NCBI GenBank assembly: GCA_036504855.1
Contig: DASXUL010000031.1
Span: 3,077-67,076 of the forward strand
Direction of reading: 5' to 3'
Length of the DNA stretch: 64,000 nt
From: Armatimonadota bacterium
Lineage (GTDB): Bacteria; Armatimonadota; DTGP01; JAKQQT01
Positions within the stretch are counted from its first letter, which is position 1; each line of letters begins with the position of its first letter. Below the pieces are notes generated by a model. The model was not told where the DNA came from. It saw only the letters and a program-made list of their open reading frames with translations, and made no database searches. A program made the position numbers and the translations under genes. Positions 9,216-18,464 of the stretch are shown here, piece by piece.

Positions 9216-10052
9216 TCAGGCGTGGAGCTTCGCATACTCATCGCCGAGGTTCGGAATCTCGATACAGGCCAAACCGGCGGACTCGCCGACGGCGCGAAGG
9301 GCGGCGGCGATGGCGCGCAAGTCGAGGCGCGTGGAGTATATCTCCGCATGGTCGCCGTGCGGCCCTCCCGGGATCACGGTTACGATGGCGTCTTGGCAAA
9401 AGCGGAGAACGCCGTCGCGGCGAAAACCCATCCGGTTGATGGCATCCCAGTGGCCCAGCGCCGCATCGTCTCCCTGGATGAATGCACGCTCGATCTCGAC
9501 CAGTTCGCCCTCCATCTCTGTGTCCGGCCGGTCGAAGGCGAAGACGCGCGGGCTCACTGTGTTCGCGAACAGGGGAAGCGTCGTCTGTGGGCCGATATCG
9601 CCGCCGCCTATCCGAAACGCGATGACGTCCACCGAATGGCACGGGACAATGCGGCCGGTTGAGGGCGAGACGGAGCGCGAGTGACGCGTATCCGCCAGGC
9701 GGGCCACGCTGCGACCAAGGGCCTCCTCAACAAGGCCGATGTCCGGCAAGCAAGCCTCGCCCAGATACCACAGGCGCGACTGACGCCCCGCCAATGCCGC
9801 AACGGCCATCGCGACGATCGTGGGATATCCAAAGGGACGCCGCATCCACGCGGCCTGGTCTTCTGGAGCCGGCGGGGAGTCGAACGGCAGGCGCTGATCC
9901 ACGATCACCCGACAGAGCCCATCGTCGGGTGCTTCGTCCGCGGGGAGCATCGATCCATCATCGGCCAGGCGAGCGCGCTCCTCGGTGTAGAGGTAGAGTC
10001 CGGGCTCCTGGTATATCCGTTCGCGTTCCGCGTTGGGGTTCGTCATCTCCAT
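9216..10052 (-). CDS. Hypothetical protein (278 aa), unknown function. Second gene of the operon.
   Basis: Balanced, non-repetitive composition. Tight spacing (7 nt to upstream gene, 45 nt to downstream gene) on the same strand. Confidence 0.45.
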   Translation of the reverse strand: MEMTNPNAERERIYQEPGLYLYTEERARLADDGSMLPADEAPDDGLCRVIVDQRLPFDSPPAPEDQAAWMRRPFGYPTIVAMAVAALAGRQSRLWYLGEACLPDIGLVEEALGRSVARLADTRHSRSVSPSTGRIVPCHSVDVIAFRIGGGDIGPQTTLPLFANTVSPRVFAFDRPDTEMEGELVEIERAFIQGDDAALGHWDAINRMGFRRDGVLRFCQDAIVTVIPGGPHGDHAEIYSTRLDLRAIAAALRAVGESAGLACIEIPNLGDEYAKLHA

Positions 10053-10058
10053 TGCGTA

Positions 10059-11108
10059 TCAGCGCGATACGTGGGGTCGCAGCCCTCGAACTCCGTCGGG
10101 TGCAACCGGCGGCAGGTCGATGCTCAGCGCCGCCGCCAGGGCATCCAGGCGATCCATGAAGGCCGCGAGGGATTCCGGCGTGGCGTAGTCCAGGTAGTGG
10201 GGCCATTCCAGGAGGCGCACCGTCCATTCCGAGGCGAGGGCGGCGCGGCGCAGGGCGTCGATTGGGATGTCCTCGCCGAGGGCGCCGGAGAGGCCGCGAT
10301 GGTAGGCCGCCAGAAGGGCCTCGAGATCCACCGTCGCGCCGGCAACGTCGGCGCGCTGGTAGAGGAAGGAGAGGTCCGCCGGGCCGCGGCCGATGGCGGC
10401 GCCCTGCCAATCCGCCCAAACGAGGGCGCCGGCGGCGTCGAGCAGGATGTTGCCGATGTGGCAATCGCCCTGGATCAGCGTTTCGGGGAGCGCGGCAAGG
10501 TGGCGCTGGGCTTCGGGCGTGGTCGCGATGGCCGCTTCGATGAACCGCACGCGCGCCTCCGTCCACACAGGGGCGAACCGGGGCTCCTCACGGACGTGCG
10601 CCCAGGAGGCGCGGGCGTGGGCGAGTTCGTCGTCGGACACGGCGATCGGTCGCCGGATCAGGAATTCACAGGCATCCAGCTCGGCGGCCCGGCCCCAGAA
10701 CGCGGCGTGCAGCCGGCCCAGATCCTCGGCCACGCGAGCGAAGTGCGCGGCGGAACAGGCAGCCGGCGACGGGGCAGGGCGCAGGCTTTCCATGACCATC
10801 CAAACCCCCACGGCCGGCCCGTGCTCGACGCCGTGGATGCGCGGGGTACGCACCGGGAGGCGGGCGGCCAGACGGCGGTAGAACTCCGCTTCGCGCGCGG
10901 CGCCCGCATGCGAGTCGGCATCGGCGTCGGGAAGGCGCGCTTTCAGCACCAGTTCACGCCCATCGTCGAAGCGAATGCGGTAGGCCCGGGCGCCGGAGAT
11001 GCCGCCGTGCAGCGTCTCAACGCCCGCAACGCCGCCCTCCGGCCACCCAAGCCGCCGCAACCCCTCCCCCACAATCGCCTCGGCCTCCGCTTGCTCGTCG
11101 TAATCCAT
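10059..11108 (-). CDS. Phosphotransferase enzyme family (APH / choline-kinase fold) protein
   Basis: Catalytic-loop-like LIQGDCHIGNILL (compare HGDxHxGN), followed by VWADWQGAAIGRGPADL (DxxG-like). N-terminal nucleotide-binding region LHGGISGARAYRI...LVLKA. Confidence 0.6.
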   Translation of the reverse strand: MDYDEQAEAEAIVGEGLRRLGWPEGGVAGVETLHGGISGARAYRIRFDDGRELVLKARLPDADADSHAGAAREAEFYRRLAARLPVRTPRIHGVEHGPAVGVWMVMESLRPAPSPAACSAAHFARVAEDLGRLHAAFWGRAAELDACEFLIRRPIAVSDDELAHARASWAHVREEPRFAPVWTEARVRFIEAAIATTPEAQRHLAALPETLIQGDCHIGNILLDAAGALVWADWQGAAIGRGPADLSFLYQRADVAGATVDLEALLAAYHRGLSGALGEDIPIDALRRAALASEWTVRLLEWPHYLDYATPESLAAFMDRLDALAAALSIDLPPVAPDGVRGLRPHVSR

Positions 11109-11132
11109 TCGTCGGTTCCCTTTTGTCGCTGG

Positions 11133-13826
11133 CTATGGCGCTATCGCCTGTAGTATCTGCGCCACGTCGGCCACGTCCAGCACGCCGTCTGCGTTGAAGT
11201 CGGCAGCGGCGGCCTCGGCGGCGCTGGGCTTCCTCATGCCGGCCGCGTCGCGCAGCGCCAGGTAGGCATCCAGCGACGTCAGCTTCCCGTCGCCGCTGGC
11301 ATCGCCCGGCAGCGCGGGACGCACGGTGACCGCCATATCGAGCGTCAGAGACGGCAACCCGATCCGCAGGGAACCGTTCACCGGGCGGCCGGCGGCCGTG
11401 GACAGGACGGCGCCGGTGTTCGTGTTCCAGCACGTCAGCACGTACTGCCCTTCCGCCATGCCGCTGACGGTCAGGGTCACGCCCGTGATCGTCTGCGCGG
11501 CGCTGGAGCGAACGTCCTCGGTCACCCACATCATCGCCTGGCGCGCGTCGGCCGAGGCCATCGTGATGAGTCCGGCACGGCTCGATGACACCCGGTTGTC
11601 GGCGTTTGCCACGTGGAAGGTGGACCAGTCCAGCCCCTTGCACACGGCCGCTTGGGCCTTCTGGACCGCGTGCATGGCCATGGTCAGGTAGTGCGGGTCC
11701 AGATAGGGCCAGCGCATCCCGCCGCCGGCCCCGCCGGAGGCCAGGTGCGCCCATGCCATGTGGTGGAAGTATTGCGTATCGAACGTCGGGTTGTTGGTGA
11801 GCCACGGGTACGGGAGGTCGATGGGTCCGGATTCGCTATCGGTATACGGCCGGCCATCTGCGATGGCGGCGAGGTTGGCCTTCACGCCGCCGTTCACCGA
11901 GATCGCCGGGGCGATGATGTTCTGCGGGTTGTTCACCGTACCGCCGTAGTACTGATGGGTATTGGCGAACTCAAAGCGCGGATGCCGCAACGCCACGTCG
12001 CCGATGATCCCGCCCGGCTCGGAAGCCGCCGTGGACACGGTCACCATATGCCGGTGTCCCCATTTGGCGTACTCGTAGTCCTGAACGTAAGCGGCCATCT
12101 CGTTCACCCAGTCCTGGCGTTGAGCCTCGGAAGCGTTCCACCAGATGTCGAACTCGTTGAGCAGGTCCCAGGCGAAGATGGCGCGGCTGTTGCCGTACCG
12201 GTCGATAAGGTATTTGAAGCGGTTCTTCTGCGAGGCGCGCACGGCAGGGCTGGTGATGAAGTCCGTCATATTGGTCACAAGGCCGCCCGGATTCACCGCA
12301 TTGTAGGGATTCGGGTCCCAGTTGCGGTTCATCCAGAACGTGTCCCACGGGGTAGCCAGCACGGTCATGCCGTACTTCTCGCAAATGGGAAGGAACTGGT
12401 CCCAGAACCTCTGGTTCAGCGGCGCCCAGGTTCCCAGCGGGGTTTCCATGTACTGAACGGGGTTCTCAGCGTACTCCATCATGATGCGCATCACGTTCAC
12501 GCCGTTGGCCTTCAGCATCGCCACATAAGCATCGGCCGAGGCGACATCTCCGTTGCGGAACAGGCCGGTGAGGCCGGGCCAGTCGTATCCGTCGTTCTCG
12601 CCGATCGCCACGGTAACGCTGCCGTCCGGGAACACGAAGGCCCGGCCGTCGTCCGCCACGCGCGCGTTTCGCCCGTAAAGGTCGCGGTTCACGGTGATGT
12701 TCACGGAAGGCGTGGACGCGGTGGAGCCGTCCGCCGCGGTGAGCACGGCGCTGATGGCGTGCGGGCCGTCGCTGCCGGCCGGGAACACTCGACGGGCCGT
12801 GAAAGGCGCGCCCCCCTCGGCGAACGGCGCCCCGTTATCCAGGTACTTGGCGTGCACGAACGGATCCGTCAGGCCCAGCACAACCGTATAGGCCGGGCCA
12901 ACGATCTGCCCCTCGAAAGGCTGCACAATGGTGGGACGCGCCAGGGTCACGGGGGCCCAGAACGCCCTGCGGTAGCCTCCGGCATCGGTCGCCGAGAGGC
13001 GTAGCGTATACGTTCCGCCTGCCGCCGACGCGTCCAGCGACCACGGCGCGTTGATCACGCCCGGCGTCACCCCGCTCGCCAGTTGCGTCCACGTTGCGGG
13101 CGCGAGGCCGGCCCCAACCTCCAGCGCCCAGGACGTCGCCGATGGGCCGACGAAGCCGTGCACGTTCACGGATCCCGAGATGAATGCATTCGGCGCCGGA
13201 GCGGTGATGGAGGCAGACGGTCCGCTCATAGACACGTCGTCCCAGCGGCTCACGCTGTTATTCCAGCCATAGAGCATCACCCGGGCGTCGTCGTTCAGGG
13301 AATCGCTGTTCAGCGTGTATACGACGGCGCCGTTCGCCAGGAAAGTGTAGTTGTTCCCGTTGCGCTCAATGCGAAGCGTGGTGGGATTGGAGGGGCTGAC
13401 CGCGCCGGGAACCGGCGACCTGCCGGAGTAGTTGTTCGGCCCGGGGAACCACACATGCAGGATCGGCGTGCCGTCCGCGTCCGTGCCTTCCATGCCGAAC
13501 TCCAGCCAGTGGTTGAACCCGGTGGGGCCGCAATAGAGCTGAAGGATCTGGTTCGTGCCGCTCCAGCCATCGGCCTCCGCCTGCACAACGCCCTTCTGCC
13601 CGATCCGCGCGAACGACGCGAATCCGCTGCGGTACGGCGCGCCCGTTACGGTCAGCCCGCCGCCCACGGTGGACGCCGAGGCCAGGGCGGAGCCGTCCTC
13701 ATTGATCGCCGCCCACCGCCCCGAATCGAGCGTAGACGCGGAGAAGTCGTCATACGGAGTCATGGTCTGAGCGGAAGCGGCCAGTGTGGCGGCAAGGCCA
13801 AGCAGCAGGGGGGCAAGCGTTTTCAT
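11133..13826 (-). CDS. Secreted glycoside hydrolase (GH5-like TIM barrel) with an N-terminal lectin/LamG-like region and a C-terminal type-I dockerin
   Basis: Signal peptide MKTLAPLLLGLAATLAASA. The ORF begins at GTG 13841, but the likely start is ATG 13826. Central catalytic region carries the NEFD motif (AWDLLNEFDIWW). C-terminal duplicated Ca-binding dockerin repeats: GDASGDGKLTSLDAYLALRDAAG and ADFNADGVLDVADVAQILQAI. Confidence 0.7.
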   Translation of the reverse strand: MKTLAPLLLGLAATLAASAQTMTPYDDFSASTLDSGRWAAINEDGSALASASTVGGGLTVTGAPYRSGFASFARIGQKGVVQAEADGWSGTNQILQLYCGPTGFNHWLEFGMEGTDADGTPILHVWFPGPNNYSGRSPVPGAVSPSNPTTLRIERNGNNYTFLANGAVVYTLNSDSLNDDARVMLYGWNNSVSRWDDVSMSGPSASITAPAPNAFISGSVNVHGFVGPSATSWALEVGAGLAPATWTQLASGVTPGVINAPWSLDASAAGGTYTLRLSATDAGGYRRAFWAPVTLARPTIVQPFEGQIVGPAYTVVLGLTDPFVHAKYLDNGAPFAEGGAPFTARRVFPAGSDGPHAISAVLTAADGSTASTPSVNITVNRDLYGRNARVADDGRAFVFPDGSVTVAIGENDGYDWPGLTGLFRNGDVASADAYVAMLKANGVNVMRIMMEYAENPVQYMETPLGTWAPLNQRFWDQFLPICEKYGMTVLATPWDTFWMNRNWDPNPYNAVNPGGLVTNMTDFITSPAVRASQKNRFKYLIDRYGNSRAIFAWDLLNEFDIWWNASEAQRQDWVNEMAAYVQDYEYAKWGHRHMVTVSTAASEPGGIIGDVALRHPRFEFANTHQYYGGTVNNPQNIIAPAISVNGGVKANLAAIADGRPYTDSESGPIDLPYPWLTNNPTFDTQYFHHMAWAHLASGGAGGGMRWPYLDPHYLTMAMHAVQKAQAAVCKGLDWSTFHVANADNRVSSSRAGLITMASADARQAMMWVTEDVRSSAAQTITGVTLTVSGMAEGQYVLTCWNTNTGAVLSTAAGRPVNGSLRIGLPSLTLDMAVTVRPALPGDASGDGKLTSLDAYLALRDAAGMRKPSAAEAAAADFNADGVLDVADVAQILQAIAP

Positions 13827-13841
13827 ACCCAATGATACCAC

Positions 13842-13985
13842 GGATAGTCATCAGTTATCAGTCGTCAGTCTTCAGTCCGGCGGCTTCGACCATGAGGCCG
13901 CTTACCGCATGGTCGAGACCTCCGGACTGATGACTGAGGACTGATGACTGATGACTGACGACTGAAGACTGAAGACTGAAGACTC
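13842..13985. repeat. Nested-palindrome intergenic element, copy 2, between two minus-strand genes
   Basis: tcatcagttatcagtcgtcagtcttcagtccggcggcttcgaccatgaggccgcttaccgcatggtcgagacctccggactgatgactgaggactgatgactgatgactgacgactgaagactgaagactgaagac. Confidence 0.75.
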
Positions 13986-15071
13986 CTAGATGACTTCCAA
14001 GCCGTCGCGGTCTGGGAGGGTTGGGAAGGGCGCGTGCGGCTCGGCCTGATACCAGAACGATGTGCTGGAGATGTCGTCCTGCATCGGAAGGTAGCGGCCG
14101 TCCGGGCGCCAGCCGAGCGCCTGGATGGTCACCCTCAGGTCCTGCTGGAAGCGGATGGGGTCCTGAACGTGCCAGCGATAGAGGCCGAACCGTTGCTGGC
14201 TCTGGTAGAGGCCGTCTGGCTTGATGACCTGCGGCAAGCCGAGGTAGGGGGTGCTGAAGACGCCGTACTCGCCTTGCGGGTGCTCGAAATTCCAGGCGCC
14301 GCCGAAGTAGTCTTCGGTGCCCGTGCCGCAGATAGTGGGGAAATCGGTATCGCCATCCAGGTAGAACTTGATCTCGCCCTCGCCCCACCAGCCCGTGTTG
14401 TTCACGCCCCAGGCCAGGTAGGTTCCCACATACTGCCCCCAGCCCTTCACCCCATCCAGAAGGGTGTGAACGGTCTTGTACGGCAGCGGGTTGCTGCGGC
14501 GGAACTGAGCGTGGAAGTATGCTGCGTCGTCGGGAACCTCCGTCAGCGTGTAATCCACCTGGTAGTAGTAGCCGCCACACGGCTCATGCCAGAGGTTCTC
14601 CACCGTGATCCGGGCGCTCTTGCGGAACGGCATCTCCCAGTAGCTGTTGAACCCGCCGGCCGGGTTCACCGCAACGGGCAGGCTGGAAACGTTGCACCGT
14701 TTGCACCAACCGCTGCAGAAGAGATCGCCCAGCGGGACCTCCACGCTGGGGGTCTCCTCGCCGTCCCAGTAGACGCGGATCACGAGGCGCCGCCAGAAAT
14801 CCGGGTGAACCGTGTTCCAGAAATGTTGGATGGCTCCTGGCCCCTCGATGTCGGCGATGGTGACCGTCTCGTTGGGAGGGATTGTGATGCAGGGAGATAC
14901 CTTCCAGCCCTGGCCCAGTTCGCGGGCGCAGCGCGACCCAGAGCCTTCGGTGGCCATGCCGGCCTTGCCCTTCTCGCCGGTGAAGTTCTCCGCGCTGATG
15001 CTGCGCGATTGCGCTCTGGAAAGGCGCGAGACGTTGTGCAGGCCGATGCCCAGCCCGTTGAATCCGTCCAT
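13986..15071 (-). CDS. DUF2961-like protein (family reported as glycoside hydrolase GH172)
   Basis: 361 aa from MDGFNGLG (ATG 15071, RBS aggagc). The upstream 49 codons of the ORF are Arg-rich and likely non-coding. Sits adjacent to the GH5 gene. Confidence 0.5.
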   Translation of the reverse strand: MDGFNGLGIGLHNVSRLSRAQSRSISAENFTGEKGKAGMATEGSGSRCARELGQGWKVSPCITIPPNETVTIADIEGPGAIQHFWNTVHPDFWRRLVIRVYWDGEETPSVEVPLGDLFCSGWCKRCNVSSLPVAVNPAGGFNSYWEMPFRKSARITVENLWHEPCGGYYYQVDYTLTEVPDDAAYFHAQFRRSNPLPYKTVHTLLDGVKGWGQYVGTYLAWGVNNTGWWGEGEIKFYLDGDTDFPTICGTGTEDYFGGAWNFEHPQGEYGVFSTPYLGLPQVIKPDGLYQSQQRFGLYRWHVQDPIRFQQDLRVTIQALGWRPDGRYLPMQDDISSTSFWYQAEPHAPFPTLPDRDGLEVI

Positions 15072-15222
15072 GAGGCTTGTGCTCCTGTGAGTGGTCTCTG
15101 GCGGCGGGCCGCCGCCCATGCAGTTTAGGGTTCGGGGGCGGGACGAGGAAAAGCCCGAAGCGGGGTTCCGCTTCGGGCTTTTCCGGCGCCGGTTCCGGGC
15201 CTGGGCCCGGTATGGCATTGCG

Positions 15223-17826
15223 TTACCGAACGGCGATCATATGCAGGATGCCGTCTGTGGAAGCGCCGAGCACGAAGTCAACGCCCGGGATCTGACCGGT
15301 GGCGGCGAGGGCGCCGCGAACCGGGGTGATCACGGAGATGATCTGCTGATCGTCACCGTTCAGCGGGATACCGGAGAGGATCTCGCGGTTTTCCGTGGCG
15401 CGGTAGAGCAGGTTGTTGGTCTCAACGGGCATGCTCATGCTTCCGCCGGTGTTGCTGGCGTTGAACAGGCCGGGGAGGGTCAGGCCTACGGAGGCGCCGG
15501 CCGGATCGAAGGAAACGATGCGGCCATCGGCGGTGCCGGCCTGGATCAGGTTGGTGCGCTTCTCATAGAAGGCGCCGGCGATCAGCGGGCTGCCCAGGTT
15601 GGCGACCGTGCTGACGTTGCCGTTGACGATGTTCACCTTGCTGAACGTCTGACCGGTGCCAGTGCCCAGGTAGGCGGCCGGGCCAACCATCAGCGGGGAG
15701 GTGACCGCGGCCACCGGGGCGCTGTTGATCGGAACGAGGTCCGGGAAGGACAGCGTGTAGACGCCGCTGTTGGAGCCCACTACCACGCGGTTGGCGTACG
15801 GGACGCTCGGCGAGGAGGTGGTGATGCCAGAGCCGAGGCTGGCTTCCTTGGTGACCGTGGCCAGGGTGTCGGCCGGAACGACAGCCACCTTGGAGGCGCC
15901 GTTCAGGCTGTAGGAGACCACCAGTTGATCGGCGGCGAGGCCGGAGATCGCGTGGTCAACAACGGCGGGAGCGGTGTAGATCTTCGCGCCGGCCGCGAAC
16001 GGCTTGCCGGAGATCGTTTCGCCCGTCTTGAGGTTGAACCGGTAGATGGAACCGCCGTCGGTGGCGACGTAAGCGAAGTCCTTCAACACGGCGGCGCGGC
16101 CAATGACCTTGCCATCCAGGAACTTGCCCAACTCGAACCCCGGCATATCATTGCCGGTGGCGGGGTTGATGACGAAGAGCGTCTGGCCGGAAGCCGCGAT
16201 GGCAACCCGGGCGTCATCGGTGCGGGTGGCCGCCGTGGGCGAGCCTTCCACCATGGCGCCGAGCTTGCGGCTCTGAATGGCCTGAACCATCGTGCCGCCA
16301 ATCAGGCCGCCGCGGAGAGCGCCCGAGGCGCCGCCGGAGGCGACAGTGTACTGGCCGGTGAAGGTGGCCGGGTTGAACGGGGCGTAGTCGGTTGTGTTAA
16401 ACGGCGCCACGGCGGATTCGGCGCCGGGCTTGGCGTTCAGCGTGCCCTTGAGACTGGCGTTGCCAAAGGCATCGTACGTGGCGACCACGCTAAACGTGCC
16501 CGTTTCAATGGCGGCGCCGAGGTCCGGATTGGCGTAGGAGATCGTGAACGTTCCGGTGTAAGTAACAACAACGCCGTCAACGGCGGCGACGGATCCGCTC
16601 AGGAGCAGGTTGTAGCGGCTGAGATCGCGATCCTGCAGGTCTGGAGCGCCGATGCCGAGGTAGGCGGCCAGAGGACCGCCGGCGTTGAAGGGCTCGCCCA
16701 CGTCCGCTCGACCGTTGCCGTTCGAGTCCGTGTTGACGATATTGCCTTCGGCGATGCTGGCGGAGAAGCCCAGGACGCCTCCGATGAGAGAGCCGGAAAC
16801 GATGCCGGTTTTGCCGCCCGCGGCCGGAACATAGGTCCCGTGGAAGGTGGCGGGGTTGAAGATGGCGTAGTCCGTGTTGGCCCACGCGGCTTCCGTGGTC
16901 GAGAAGCCAGGCTTGGCGACGAGGGTGGCGGTGAGTTTGGCGGCGCCGGTGCTGGCTTCGTTGTAGTCCGCAACCAGCGTGAAGTCGCCCGTCTCAATGG
17001 TCAGTCCGGTGGGGAACAGGTTGCCGTCGTTGTAGACGAGGGAGAACGTTCCCGCGTATGACACTGTCGTGCCGGACACGGATGTCACCGTGCCGTTGAA
17101 CTTCAGCGAATAGCGGTTCAGGTCGTTGTCGGTCAGCGGCGGGGCGCCAACGTAGAAGTAGGTGGAGAGGGGCGCCGTCATGGCGAAGGTCTCGCCAACT
17201 TCAGCGACGCCGTCGCCGTTCTCATCGCCGTTGGAGGCCGTGCCGTTAGACAGGCTCGCCGCGAAGCCGATGTTGCCTGCGTTGACGCTGGCGGTGATCA
17301 CACCCGTGGCCGGATCTGAGTTCGGCGTGTAGACGCCGAAGAAGCGGCCGGGGTTGTACAAGGAAAAGTCCGTAGCCGCGAACTTCGGATCCGAGGAAAC
17401 CGAGCCCGGATTAGCGGTGAGGGTTCCGGTGATCTTGGCGGCGCCTGATCCATCGAACTTGGCGCGCAGGTCCAACGTTCCGGTTTCAATGTCTGTGGTC
17501 AGATCCGGGCCGCTGTACGTGATGGTGAAGGTGCCCGTGTAGCGCACTGATGTGCCGGAGACTTCCGCGACGACGCCGTTGAGGGTGGCGAAGTACCGGT
17601 TCAAGTCATTGTCGAGGATCGCTGGGGCCGAGCCCGAGGAGCGGTAACTGGTAAATGCCGCGTTCGTAACCGTGAATGTCTCGTTTACGTCGGCCTTACC
17701 GTTGTGGTTAGCGTCGTTGTTCACGACGGTGGCGTTAGCCATTGTGAAGCCGAAACCATCGGCCCGGGCAGGAGCCGTCCCCAACCCGGTCAAGACGAGG
17801 AGGGCGGCCGCCCATCTCAATTTCAT
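15223..17826 (-). CDS. Secreted protein with three tandem ~160-aa repeat modules and a C-terminal beta-propeller-like domain
   Basis: Signal peptide MKLRWAAALLVLTGLGTAPARA (ATG 17826, RBS aggaag). Repeats carry recurring ...NDLNRY...G.V..V.G..V.Y.GTF...Y..P.L...IETG.F.L.A.....G.A.L..TL.A.PG.... The ORF extends spuriously upstream to 17991. Confidence 0.55.
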   Translation of the reverse strand: MKLRWAAALLVLTGLGTAPARADGFGFTMANATVVNNDANHNGKADVNETFTVTNAAFTSYRSSGSAPAILDNDLNRYFATLNGVVAEVSGTSVRYTGTFTITYSGPDLTTDIETGTLDLRAKFDGSGAAKITGTLTANPGSVSSDPKFAATDFSLYNPGRFFGVYTPNSDPATGVITASVNAGNIGFAASLSNGTASNGDENGDGVAEVGETFAMTAPLSTYFYVGAPPLTDNDLNRYSLKFNGTVTSVSGTTVSYAGTFSLVYNDGNLFPTGLTIETGDFTLVADYNEASTGAAKLTATLVAKPGFSTTEAAWANTDYAIFNPATFHGTYVPAAGGKTGIVSGSLIGGVLGFSASIAEGNIVNTDSNGNGRADVGEPFNAGGPLAAYLGIGAPDLQDRDLSRYNLLLSGSVAAVDGVVVTYTGTFTISYANPDLGAAIETGTFSVVATYDAFGNASLKGTLNAKPGAESAVAPFNTTDYAPFNPATFTGQYTVASGGASGALRGGLIGGTMVQAIQSRKLGAMVEGSPTAATRTDDARVAIAASGQTLFVINPATGNDMPGFELGKFLDGKVIGRAAVLKDFAYVATDGGSIYRFNLKTGETISGKPFAAGAKIYTAPAVVDHAISGLAADQLVVSYSLNGASKVAVVPADTLATVTKEASLGSGITTSSPSVPYANRVVVGSNSGVYTLSFPDLVPINSAPVAAVTSPLMVGPAAYLGTGTGQTFSKVNIVNGNVSTVANLGSPLIAGAFYEKRTNLIQAGTADGRIVSFDPAGASVGLTLPGLFNASNTGGSMSMPVETNNLLYRATENREILSGIPLNGDDQQIISVITPVRGALAATGQIPGVDFVLGASTDGILHMIAVR

Positions 17827-18464
17827 CGTCTGACTTCCTTTCATTACGCGGGGAAATCCAGGGCACGCAGGGGAGCGCGCCACCAAGTTGTTCGAGTGAG
17901 GGCCGCTTTCACCCGGGGTTCCCCCCGGGCGCGCCCCCATCAGGGATAAATCGTCTGCTGTATGAAAGGGAACACGCGAATCCGCCAGCACAGACGCGCG
18001 GAACCCCAGATGCGGAAATCAGAAGGGGATGACACAAGAGTGAACTACCTGCAGGGTCGGGGCCAGAAGGAGGAACCGACACACGGCGTTCGGCGCTTCT
18101 CCGCTGCCGACGATCCTGTAGGATTCAGAGAGAGACTCTTTTGTGTCCGACCCCGGCCGGCGCCTTTACTACCCCGGCCCCACCAAGAGCGGGCTGAGAA
18201 GCCCCTCCCAAAAAGCAGAAGGACAGCCGCTTCCCGTTCACTGCCTGGCGCCTCCATTATAATACGAATCGGGCGCGGTTTTCATCCGGCGTGCCTAAAA
18301 GTTTGCCACGCGGCAATGAACGCGCGATCACGCTGATTCCGCAACAAAGAGCGGGTAGACGCACCATGAACTATGATCGGTCGCCTGAACGCGGCTCTTT
18401 ACCCGTATGACACGAATGGCCACGCTCCCGCAACGGGTCGGGGCTCGCTAGGAGGCGAATCGGA

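Noticed and set aside
9681-11153. 490-aa plus-strand ORF
   Set aside because: Antisense to the APH-like kinase gene, with Arg/Gly-rich composition. The kinase frame has convincing motifs.
11613-13004. 463-aa plus-strand ORF
   Set aside because: Antisense to the GH5-dockerin gene, which has a signal peptide and dockerin.
15091-17061. 656-aa plus-strand ORF
   Set aside because: Antisense to the secreted repeat protein and Gly/Arg/Ala-rich.
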